Source of the DNA: Klebsormidium nitens
Taxonomy: Eukaryota; Plantae; Klebsormidiophyceae
Direction of reading: 5' to 3'
DNA: 64,000 nucleotides
Assembly: GCA_000708835.1 (NCBI GenBank)
Contig: DF236976.1
Span: 1 to 64,000, forward strand
In this document: positions 1-9,680 of the stretch, piece after piece
How the letters are laid out: each line of letters begins with the position of its first letter
How positions within the stretch are numbered: position 1 is the stretch's first letter
Program-made: the position numbers and the translations under genes
The notes under the pieces: generated by a model
Told to the model about the DNA's origin: nothing
The model's input: only the letters and a program-made list of their open reading frames with translations
Databases searched by the model: none

Positions 1-1500
1 TCAGATAGAAGTTCGCATCCTACTTCCTTAGGTTCTACCGCTCTACTCGGCCCCGCTACTGGCTCACTACAGCTCGGGGTTTCTAGTTTTCCGGATCCTT
101 AGCCTTGCCCTTGTTCTTAGGACACTCAGGATCCGTAGCTCGATGACCAGGCTGCTCGCACTTAACACTAGGACCGTTAGCTAACTGTTCCCTACAGGGA
201 ACATTTAATAAATTGGGAATTACGCAAAAAAGATACGAAAATGCCGGTTTTTCCCCAAAAGCTTTCCGTGGTATCTTCATGTAGGTGTTTGCTAAATACT
301 AGTTGCCTGGAATCTCTTGAACTTAGTAATTTGGGTCGCCCACGTCATCGAAACCATATGGGTTGTCCAGCAGATTTTGGGCTCAGAAGCCCAGTGTTCC
401 CGAAAGGGAACACTTAGCAAATGATGCGTAATATACTATCTACGCATTAAAAAATTGCAAAATCGTTATGTAGGGGCTTCAACTAGGTCCTTAAGATAAA
501 ATTTAGACACTTACATGATAGTCATGGTAAAAAGTCATGATTGGGACCAAGCCATGTGTTATCGGAAACCATTTTTATCTGCAGATTGACTAAAAACCAA
601 GCTTTGTGGTTCAAGCTAGTACACAAGGACTTTGTTTGAACCACCGGGCATCTAATGGGTGCAAGGCATACATACAACCATCAAACAAAGCCAAGGGCCG
701 CCTTCAATCCGTTCATTTGGTATGGCTACATAGCCTACTTCTAGTCGTCACAGCGCCAGAAACTGGGAGCTTTTTGGTTATGAAAAGGCATCAAAAGACC
801 TAGGCCCTCATTTTTCTTAGGTTTTATGGGTGGAATTACCTTTTTATGTCCCCTGGGGTAGCCTTTTATGGTTAGAGTGCCTAACCCAATTTCTAGAATA
901 CCGTCTTGCTTGTAATCCTTGTTTATCGGCTTGGTTAACGCAACTGTTTGATAACCTTTGTTTCTTAACCCAAAATTGACGTGGGTCACGAATTTCTTGT
1001 TGAAATTTATTCACAAAGTCCCCAGAAGTGCTACGGGAGTGACACTTGGCAGAAGTTCGGCCGCCTCATCAAATATATCGACGGTGAGAACGCCCGTCCG
1101 CTAAGTGTTCCCGAAAGGGAACAGTGTTCCCGAAAGGGAACACTTAACGGTCCTAGTGTTAAAGCACTTCCCAGCCTTCTTAAGCTCAAAAATCTGCTCC
1201 CTGGTCAGTGCGCGACCAGAAGGCCCCTCGATGAGCTTCTTCTTCTTGTTCTGGAGCTCCCTCTTCGCTGGAGCTGACGGGCCAGAACCGCTCTTCTCGT
1301 TCCCCTTGCGCTTCTTGGAGAAGCTGCCGTTCTTCTCCTGGGTGAGGCCTGAGGAAACACTTGCCTGCGAAGGGGTTTTCGAAGCCATCACGTTGGCCAT
1401 AGTCTGAGGCCACAGACTAAAATCCTCTACACTCGTCGCTCTTTGGAGCGCGCAACTTGATTCTGAACCCCAAAGCGCATAGAAGGCATGGGATACTGTT
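1..1500 (-). mobile_element. LTR-retrotransposon gag remnant (CCHC-type zinc knuckle), degraded and interrupted by a DNA transposon
   Basis: Removing 166-1158 plus one TTAA rejoins EQIFELKKAGKCF with KCEQPGHRATDPECPKNKGKAKDPEN*, giving a C-X2-C-X4-H-X6-C knuckle at a basic gag-like C-terminus (stop 83-85). The upstream part (~1160-1500) is gag-like but frameshifted, and the 5' limit is approximate. Confidence 0.7.
166..1158. mobile_element. Non-autonomous DNA transposon (993 bp), TTAA-flanked, piggyBac-like
   Basis: Perfect 14-bp terminal inverted repeats CACTAGGACCGTTA (166-179; 1145-1158), flanked by TTAA at 162-165 and 1159-1162. Subterminal TGTTCCC-N4-GGGAACA palindromes are present. No transposase ORF is recognisable. 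Confidence 0.85.
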
Positions 1501-1732
1501 AAGGAGTGGATACTTGTTGGGCAAGCACTTGGTCCCGCACCCCGATGATGCCGGCGCAAAACAGTGTAAAACATTGAGAAAATGTCGTTCAAACATCTTA
1601 ATTCCTGCACCCCAAAGTCACACCCACCTGCACGGCCGCCAGTCGGATTGTCCTTGGTGACTTCTGACCGAGCTGCAGCATCTGCGTCAAAAGCCGCCGA
1701 AGGGGCCCGGAACTTTCCCCCGAGCCGTGCAT

Positions 1733-2754
1733 CTAGGGCCAGGAGAAGAGGGAGGGGTGCAGAAATGTTGCCAGCACGGATGACGTCACGCTGACGCGGC
1801 GCTTGCGCAGGTCGGCGGTGGCGGCCCATGCGGATCCCACGAGAGGTTGCGGCACCTGCGGGGAAACGGAAGCAGGGAAGGTTAGATCGTGAAACTTCTT
1901 TCTATTCCCTTGTCGACTGAGACTTCGTTTTTGCAAGGATTGTTTGAATGGAGAATACCGTCCAAGATTCTTGATACCGTCAGAAATAAGTGAAGCGGGT
2001 CGATGGTTCCTTTTTTCAATTGGAGTCCTCAAATAGAGCTGTTGAGCAGTACAAACACAAGTTCCGAAGCACTCAAACTGTGGGGGCCTAGCATAGGTGA
2101 TCAACATGTGCGCTTTCCTAACGCTCTCACCTAAGCAGGAATGGCCAAGTACATTGCTGACAAAACTAGAAGCCCAGCCCCTGAGCTTCTCCAACCTGCC
2201 TAACCAATTCAGAGCGTTCGATGCTGAGGAAAGACATGAAGGACACACAGAATTTGCCCAGGCGTTTAGAGGGCCGGGCATAGATTGCATATCAGAAGGG
2301 GAGGTTCTGGGAACAAGCTGCATAACGCCAGCAGTGCTCGGTTCTGAACCTGACGTCCATGTGAGCATTTTTTGGGGGTGTGAATCAGTTTTAGGGTCAG
2401 CATTCACTCTGTAGCCTCCCAGACGCAAGAGCGCAATGTGTGTGGCAACGCGCAGCCAACTCAGCAAGACTACTCCGTGTACACCTTGGAAATGCATTGA
2501 GCGTAAGCGGCTTCACACTGAGCATCATCGTTGCACAAAGCTGCGAGCCTCGACCACGAAGAGAACACAGCTTCCAAGAGATGGCCCATAAGGAGCCGGT
2601 CTTCCACGCCTCTGATTCGGACAAGTAAGCGCTCACCAGCACGATCGCAAATGCGGAAATTGGCGCGCCCCCCACTCGCTGCAGTTCCTCCAGACCGCAG
2701 CTGCAATGCAGCTGTCCAAAGCGCCCTCAGAGTTTTCCAGGAGGGAACCTGCAT
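1733..2754 (-). pseudogene. Possible decayed spliced gene fragment, unknown product
   Basis: Strong acceptor ttccccgcag before a GC-rich exon-like stretch (VPQPLVGSAW...LFSWP*, 1856-1733), plus protein-like ORF pieces at 2470-2754. No consistent full model could be built. Confidence 0.2.
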
Positions 2755-4115
2755 GATGCATGGTCACGATGCAGAATGATCCACCTGAACTTTCTGGCCT
2801 CATGTCTTGCGTCTTCTCCCCGCACAATTTCCTACCTAGGTACCATTTCCTAGTACCGGTAGATTTACTAGATGTGTTGGTACATACAAAAGTCCAACTA
2901 TCTTCTGCAAAATTCGAGTCAGAGTAGGTACCTGGTATCAATGGCATGGTTGCGACGGTCTGATCGACGGCGTCTGATTGGTGACGTGGCACGACAGTCC
3001 ACCAGGTGGAGGCACCTGTGCGCGTTTCTGATCGTCGATATTTGGATTAGGACGGGTGGATTGCGAGGCAGTCCATTTCGGCCGGCCTCGCGATCAGCCT
3101 CGGGCAGAAGCCTAAGGTGTAGCTGCGTGAACGATTGCCCAAGCCTTTCATACATCATGCGGGCATAACACTAGAGAAGTCGACATTACCTACTTGAAGG
3201 CCGCAGAGTGTCTTGCTACTGTTCAATTGATTGTTCTCGTATCACTCTCAGATCAGGTGACCGATGAACCCGACTGTCTCGGCGGTGCTCCGGGATTGAG
3301 GCCAAGACTAATGCATGATACTTGACCGTGGCACTGGGACATGTGAGTACCTATCCGCCAGTCCTCAGTCTGCTGCAAGAGATGCACTGCTTGAGAAGGT
3401 CACCTGTTATCAAAGCTGCTGCAGGCTACTATGTCATGCTGGTTGAAAAGCTGGACCCTCTCACTTCGTTACTTGTTTGACCGCCCCTTCGATTGAAATC
3501 AGGAGCTACGGGCAGCCAGTGGGAAGTGCGCGCAGCTGCATCGGTCTGCAGGTGCGTGATCTGTTTGGGGTATACAAGGTCTTACCCAGAAGAGCGCATC
3601 AGCGATATACAAAGCTAGGAGTTCAGTGAGGGTAGTCTACCTGCCTTAAGAACCATCTCTGCAGCAATGTCCAGATTGAATCAGACTAAGTCGAAGGGCC
3701 AGCTGCAAAACAATGGAGCAGCTTGACCCTGGACTTTCTTCACTTTGGACTCTCTGACATTCTCTCAGAAAAGTGAGCTCAACTCAACTTCAAGGGATAT
3801 TTTAGCTTTGAAGAGCCTTCAAAATGAGACGAGACTTGTTTGGATTGTTGATTCAAACACCACCAACTCCAAAGACTCGCGTCAGGGAAAGAAGCAAACC
3901 TTGTTCCTTGCACTTTTGTTTCTTCTTCCCACGCCTTTCTCAAGCCAAACTTCATAAGCTCGCCCCAGCTATTCTCTTCAAGGCTTGAAAGTTTCCAGCA
4001 TATTCCAGCTTGAACAGTCTTCGCATATGACATATCACACCTCAACCAGCCTGCCAGAAGCCACATTCTTCCATAGCATCATTTACATAGCAAGGCTGAC
4101 GCAAACTTAGAGAAT

Positions 4116-5234
4116 CCCTATGCACAGCTGACCCGGAGAATGGAACGTTTGTCGAAAAATTTCCTCAAGATTGGTGGTGTCCGAAGACACCAGTTTGGTG
4201 GTGGCCGAAGCCGAGAGGATGTTTCCTGCCTGCTTCTCCTGATCCTGCTCCCCTCTTCGTTCCAACCTTCCCCACAGACTCCTCTAGTTAGAAAACCTGA
4301 CAATCAGCTTTAGGAAGCAGTCCTGGGCCAGCCACAAGCCCCAGCCCAAAAGAAGTGATGCGAATGCCGGCCCCCAGGTTTGCCAGCCATCCGCCCGGTC
4401 AAATGTGAACACAAACAGCAAGAATCCCCCGATCGCAATGGATAGACCCATGAACGCAGTCCCCAGCTCCCGGCGCGTGAGGCGTGTTGCACGAACCACG
4501 GCCGCAGTCTGCAAGTAAAAGTCCAGCATTAATTGTCTAAGCTTATGGGAGTCACCCAGCGCTGAGGTCCCAAGCCCTTGCGAAGTCTCTATGCAAAGCA
4601 GAATATCCTCCCAAGTAGTGCACGATTCGGCTTCAGTATGCGGCAAGAAGCAGGTTCAAGGACTGTGGCTCAAGTGCTGGTTCACTTACTGCTGCTGGCG
4701 GCCGTGCTGTGCCGTTGAGGCGGCGAGTTGCTGCGACAAGGCCAGAGGAGAAAAGGTCAGTTGTTTCCGAGGCTTGAGCTGGCTCCAAAACCAACTTGGC
4801 TTCTTTCTTCTGACTCAGCATCAAAACAGTGCTGCAGGCCTCTATGGCATGACTCAGCATCGAAGCAACGCTGAAGAAGCCTGAAAGGCATGATTGCTTG
4901 CTAGCTTAATCAGCTTCTTACTGAGGCTAACAATGATTGACTTGATTCAAACAGATCCCTGATGCGAAGGCTTTCCTAGCAAGAGCCATCTCTGTGATAT
5001 TGTAGTGTTCAGATCAGCAGCCTCATTCTCATGCCTCAGGAAGAAGGAAAACTCGCACCCCGCGGGCGCTGCAGGGTGTGCTCCACGTCTGCTGCTGCAT
5101 TGCTGAGGCCAAGGCTCAGCCGCTGGAGCCTCCTGCGGACGCTTCCGTTCACGTTGTTCTTCATCAAACCCGCAATGAAGTTTGCTGCGTTGTCCAGGCA
5201 GTTGATTGCCTCTTCTCCTCTTCTATTGATGTAC
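4116..5234 (-). pseudogene. Spliced membrane-protein gene with an apparent frameshift (pseudogene or assembly error)
   Basis: Phase-compatible exons 5234-~5061, 4880-4690 and 4509-~4285 with canonical splice sites. The last has two hydrophobic helices (AFMGLSIAIGGFLLFVFTF; AFASLLLGWGLWLA). The frame stops at 4284, but a one-base shift continues LEESVGRLERRGEQDQEK... Confidence 0.4.
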
Positions 5235-5340
5235 CTGCAGGGTTGGAAGGGGTTTTGAGCCAAACGATTATAGAGGAAGTTCCTGACAGCACATTACCCT
5301 CAGCAGGGATTCATATACTATAAATCGTTTCCCTGTTTAA

Positions 5341-5471
5341 GATCCTCTGCTGAGGCCGTTTTGATCTCAAAAATTCAGCTTTCAAGATTAAAATGGTCTG
5401 ACAAAGAGTTTAAGACCAAAAAAGCGCCAAAAGCTGAATGGTATTAAGATCAAAGTGGTCTCACAACGATC
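5341..5471. mobile_element. 131-bp foldback MITE-like element flanked by TTAA
   Basis: TTAA at 5337-5340 and 5472-5475. The left half (GATC..TGAGGCCGTTTTGATCTCAAAAATTCAGCTTT..TGGTCT) is an imperfect reverse complement of the right half (AGACCA..AAAGCTGAATGGTATTAAGATCAAAGTGGTCTCA..GATC). Confidence 0.6.
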
Positions 5472-5954
5472 TTAAATTTCATTCATAAAGATATAAGGAC
5501 TCCTTCCCTTGGATCCTACAGATTCCACCTGACGACGGTTATGATCAGCAATATGTGAAGATGCCTACACGGAGATCGAGCGTACAATGGGAGCAACTCT
5601 TTAGCTCACTTACCCTTGGACCTCGTCTTCGCTGGGAGCTCCGGCCATGTGAGCGGAAGTAAGGAATTGTGAAAGACCTCGGAATAATGCTGGAGATGGT
5701 GGAAAGCCGAGCTTGTTCGGCTGATGAATGGTTGAGTTGATGAGCAAGTCTGACAAGTGTGGTAGTTTTATACGTCTTCCTCTCTGCTGCAGCTGACTGA
5801 ACGCTGAATGGTCACCAGACTCATACCCAGACTCGTGATCTGATCATGATCCTTGCGAGACAACAGCTTGCAATCTTTTGGACTGACTGCGAAGATTGTT
5901 TGCTGACTGGGAGCAGTCCAAGGACAATTTTGAATTTGAATTGATGTGATTTGG

Positions 5955-6335
5955 GGGGCCATCCGTCAAGAGCACAATGCTTATCGTGTGGTTCTCGACC
6001 TTCCGACCTCGGATTTTGTGCTTCATCACAGCTGGCCAGGCCTTCCACCACTCGTCTTTGATTCGCAGCATGCAACTATGCTCAATGGCCGTCCATTGTG
6101 AGCACATTGCTTATCGTGTGGTTCTTGATCTTTCGAACTTGGATTCTGTGCTTCTTTACAGCTGATCAGGCGTTCGACCACTCGCCTTTACCTGCAGCTC
6201 ATGCAAGAATGCACGGTGACCGTCCATTGAGAGCACAGTGCCAGCTCATCGTGTGGTTCAGGATCTTTCGACCTTGGATTTGTGCTTCGTCACAGCTGGC
6301 CAGCAGGCCTTCGATCACTCGCCTTCGATTCGTTG
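5955..6335 (+). repeat. Three diverged ~130-bp tandem repeats, possibly a decayed LRR-like coding array
   Basis: GAGCAC..TCGTGTGGTTC..GTGCTTC..CACAGCTG..CACTCG units anchored at 5970, 6100 and 6231. One frame reads (Y/H)RVVLDLS.LD.VL.HSWPGL..L.FDS, with a stop in copy 2 and indels in copy 3. Confidence 0.6.
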
Positions 6336-6933
6336 AGAAAGCAAGCTTGAAAGTGCATTCTAAGTCGGACTCGAAGTCGAAGATCTCTGCATACCAAAGT
6401 CGGAATTGCCGCACTTCAGGAGTCTGGTCTACTAGGCAGTCTTCAGCTTCCAGTCAGCTCCGGCAGGAGCAGTATAAAAGTAGGAAGCATTTTCACTTTC
6501 ATCAACCTTGCTCTCTCACCCCTCCAGCTTTCTGTCCAGCTTTCCTTGTGTTGACTTCCCTTCCTTCACAATTCCCTTAGCTCAGTTCCTCAAAACCAGC
6601 TACCCCGAAGGCCCTCACTTCGGCTCACAGCTGAAGCCTGCTCGCGAAGCGGAAAAATGGCCATGCCGCCGACGGCTCAGCAAATTAAGAAGTAAGATCA
6701 AACACCTATGGCAAGGTCTGCTGTGCGTTTCGAAGGCAAATCAAGTGTCAGGAGATTCGTGACCATTTAGGTCTGTCCAATTGTTGAGGTATTGGAAGGT
6801 GCAAGCTGAAGTCGTTCGACAGTGAACTTTCTTGATGTTTCTCCATGAGATTGTGTTCAGCACAATTGGTTTGTTGAAGCAGATCCCTCAGTACCGCTTC
6901 GTATCAGCTCACACGTGCATCTGGACCGTGCAG

Positions 6934-7900
6934 TTTCTTCCAAAATGAAGACTCCTCAAACGTTGATGCCATCGGAAACGCTATTGCATTCTTAGTCGAG
7001 GAGCAGAACAAGCAGAGGCGGGACCGGGTGGGGAAGCTCCCCGACACGGAGCTGGATCCAGTTCACGATGAGCTGCTTCTGGCATTGACGGTCGTGGAGA
7101 GTCTCTCGCGGAGGCCTCCAGGTAAATCAGCATGCTCTAGACTCGGCGAGGCTGGTCTGGAGCTTCTGAACCGCTCATTCTTGTTGCAGAATGCAGCCAG
7201 TTTGTCGGACATTCATAAGCTGCACCTCGTGACCTCTTCGGCCTATTGTGTAACAAACATCGGTCCTCAAACACGTCCTCCACTGCTTTTGACAAGTAGC
7301 TTACTTTTAGCCTGCATTCTGTTCGCTCTCGTTCCAACTGTACGGATGCAGTAACTGAGGTTTGTTCTTTCTCCTTCCAACAGTGGCAGGCCCCTCCATC
7401 GAGACCACCCCGCACCTGCTTGCAGCAGCCTCGAGGGTAAGAAGAGTTCAGACCTTTCGCTGCGTCGGACGTCAGGAGATTGTGCTGCACAGCATCGAGC
7501 TGGCACGAGTGCATTTTCGATCTCTGAGAAAATGCTTTTTGTTCTGAAATATGTACGGTGTCCTTGTCCAGCTCCTCGCGAATCTAGCTCCTCGCGAGAT
7601 TCGATACGATTGTCTCACCTTTTGCTGATTGTGTCTTCCAGGCGCGGCTCCGCATTAACGCCGGTGAGACACCCTCCCCGCGGAGGCCCCCCTTCAGTGG
7701 CTGGGAGTTGACGACCTTCTTCACGGGCCTGGCCAGCTCGGGCCTTGGCGTGTACCTTCAGCGGCTCGTTCAAGGCGACGCCCGGCAAGGGTTATGGCGT
7801 GGGGGCTGCTTGGGGGCAGGTGACGAACAACCTGGGCACCTGGTTTATGGGAGCGGCGATGAGCAAGTACGGGCAGCGCGCCCGCCACATACTCTGATGA
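6934..7900 (+). pseudogene. Decayed spliced gene fragments, unknown product
   Basis: Exon-like 6934-7121 (FFQNEDSSNVDAIGNAIAFLVEEQNKQRR...SLSRRPP, donor gtaaat). A GC-rich terminal block reads GWELTTFFTGLASSGLGV / TFSGSFKATPGKGYGVGAAWGQVTNNLGTWFMGAAMSKYGQRARHIL* across a one-base shift near 7753. Confidence 0.25.
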
Positions 7901-7976
7901 GCCTTAGCAAGCTAGGGGGAGAGCTAGCAAGGCATAACTGAGAGCTGTAGCAGAGGACGTGTCAATATCAAAAGGG

Positions 7977-8088
7977 AAAAAAAAAAACAAAAAACAAAAC
8001 AAACCAAAACAAAAAACAAAAAACAAAAAACAAAAAACAAAAAACAAAAAACAAAAAACAAAAAACAAAAAACAAAAAACAAAAAAAC
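7977..8088 (+). repeat. A-rich heptanucleotide microsatellite (CAAAAAA)n following an A-run
   Basis: Directly visible: a poly-A run, a few irregular units, then regular CAAAAAA units. Confidence 0.95.
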
Positions 8089-9680
8089 GGTGTTCTTCAA
8101 CACCGAGACCTTTCTTAGAGATTTTACAATGTTCTCGGCTTCAACGGCCGCCTTTCACCGTTGAACCGTCATCCTTTAGTGTCGGAGCACAATCTCAAGC
8201 TGGATGGAGCGATACTGACTCTTTGAATGTAACGGAGCTGAGGACCACACTTAAATCTCGTCTCCTTTTCACATCCGACAATCTCAGCGCTCGTGGTCTG
8301 TGGCTTGCGGCTCAAAGTGCTAGCTGAGCGGCAACTTATATCGAGAATCCCAGCTACGTCGATCTTAAGAGCAGCCTCATGCACTGGCACACTTTCTCCA
8401 CACGTCAGAAACGTCCCCTGAGCTTCAACTGCCACTCAAACTTGGAATGAAAGGCCGTGCTTTCCGTTAACATTGACTGGCTCGGATGCAGATGGTCATA
8501 GTCGCCACACTGACAGGATATGTACGCACAGTCAGAGATTGCTCAGCTGGCTAAAAAGCTCACCGTCAATCATTCAGGATCCTAGCTCGTTTCTTAAAAT
8601 CTACTGCGCACTGAGCGCGAGAATGTGCAGCACGTCAAATATTCAAATGTTTATGGTTGTTTCTCGACGCGATCACCTCGATATCAATCTGGTCTCCATG
8701 ATGTGGTTCTTCCCGCTCCAATGTGTCTCCCGCTCGCCGGGAGCTCTGAACTTAGTCAGAATCTGCGGCTCGCAATGTTTTATAAGACGCACTCCTACAT
8801 CTATTATAGTACTAAGTCGGCCGCGGATTGGACCCCGCTGCATTTGTGAGCTCCGGCGGTCAGAGGCATACTAATGATTTGTATGCAACAAGAGACCGCG
8901 GGCCGTGCCTCGTATATACGCTTAGTATGGATGCAATTAAGTTGTGCAGCCATGCCACAGAATTCGCATGCGCACATGCATGTACCGCCCCGTCCACTGA
9001 ACGCGACGCCGGGTGCTTGGCCCGGCGTCTGGCATGGGGCACCCCACCTTCCGGGCACTGCATGCAACAAATTGTCTCAATCTGGCGCAACATGCCATGT
9101 ACTCAAACTAATTTGAATTGATTTAGAATCACACGTAGAGTAGAGGGAGTGGCCGTGCATGATGGACACGTGCAATGTGTTTTGAAAAACGTTCTATATT
9201 CGCATGGGGAAGCGTTGTGTTAACGACTTGATATGTATTCAATTAGAACTTTTCTTCTTAACCAGTCTCCTTTTCTCCCCAGGCGAACGTAAATAAGTTG
9301 ACAGTCTCCAGCCTGAGCGCGCCTATAAAGCTCTTGTGAACGACCATCTATATGTCTATTTTATGTAGGTTAAGTATGTTTGAATATGACCAATTAATTC
9401 CACTACACTATAAGCTTGTATGTTGCAGTATGCTTATCACGATCTCTACCATCGGGAAAAACCAGGATATCTAGGACTAAGCAGGCTGGACTTTGATTGG
9501 ACGTTCGTAAAGAACGGTCCAATTCGCCCTCCCTGAAGAGACCTTCCGTCAAAACCCTCCTCGTATCCTATGAATAGCACAAACTTATGGATCCTTGTTG
9601 ATCGATCTCGGTCAGCACATTCTCTATTGGCTTCTGCACTCTCTTAACATGAGCCGACTCTCAAGGAACAATTAGCGAAT

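Noticed and set aside
393-1144. Palindromic repeats as a CRISPR array
   Set aside because: Only four copies, irregular spacing, located inside a TIR element in intron-rich eukaryotic DNA, and no cas genes.
166-1158. CACTA (En/Spm) assignment because the TIR starts CACTA
   Set aside because: The flanking trinucleotides (TAA left, TTA right) are not a 3-bp direct repeat. A TTAA (or TA) duplication explains both flanks and restores the gag frame.
2933-2940. TGGTATCA as a tRNA-iMet primer-binding site
   Set aside because: Only 8 nt match, it is on the opposite strand to gag, and it is not preceded by a recognisable LTR end.
7959-8327. Lys/Asn/Gln-rich ORF
   Set aside because: It is a translation of the (CAAAAAA)n microsatellite.
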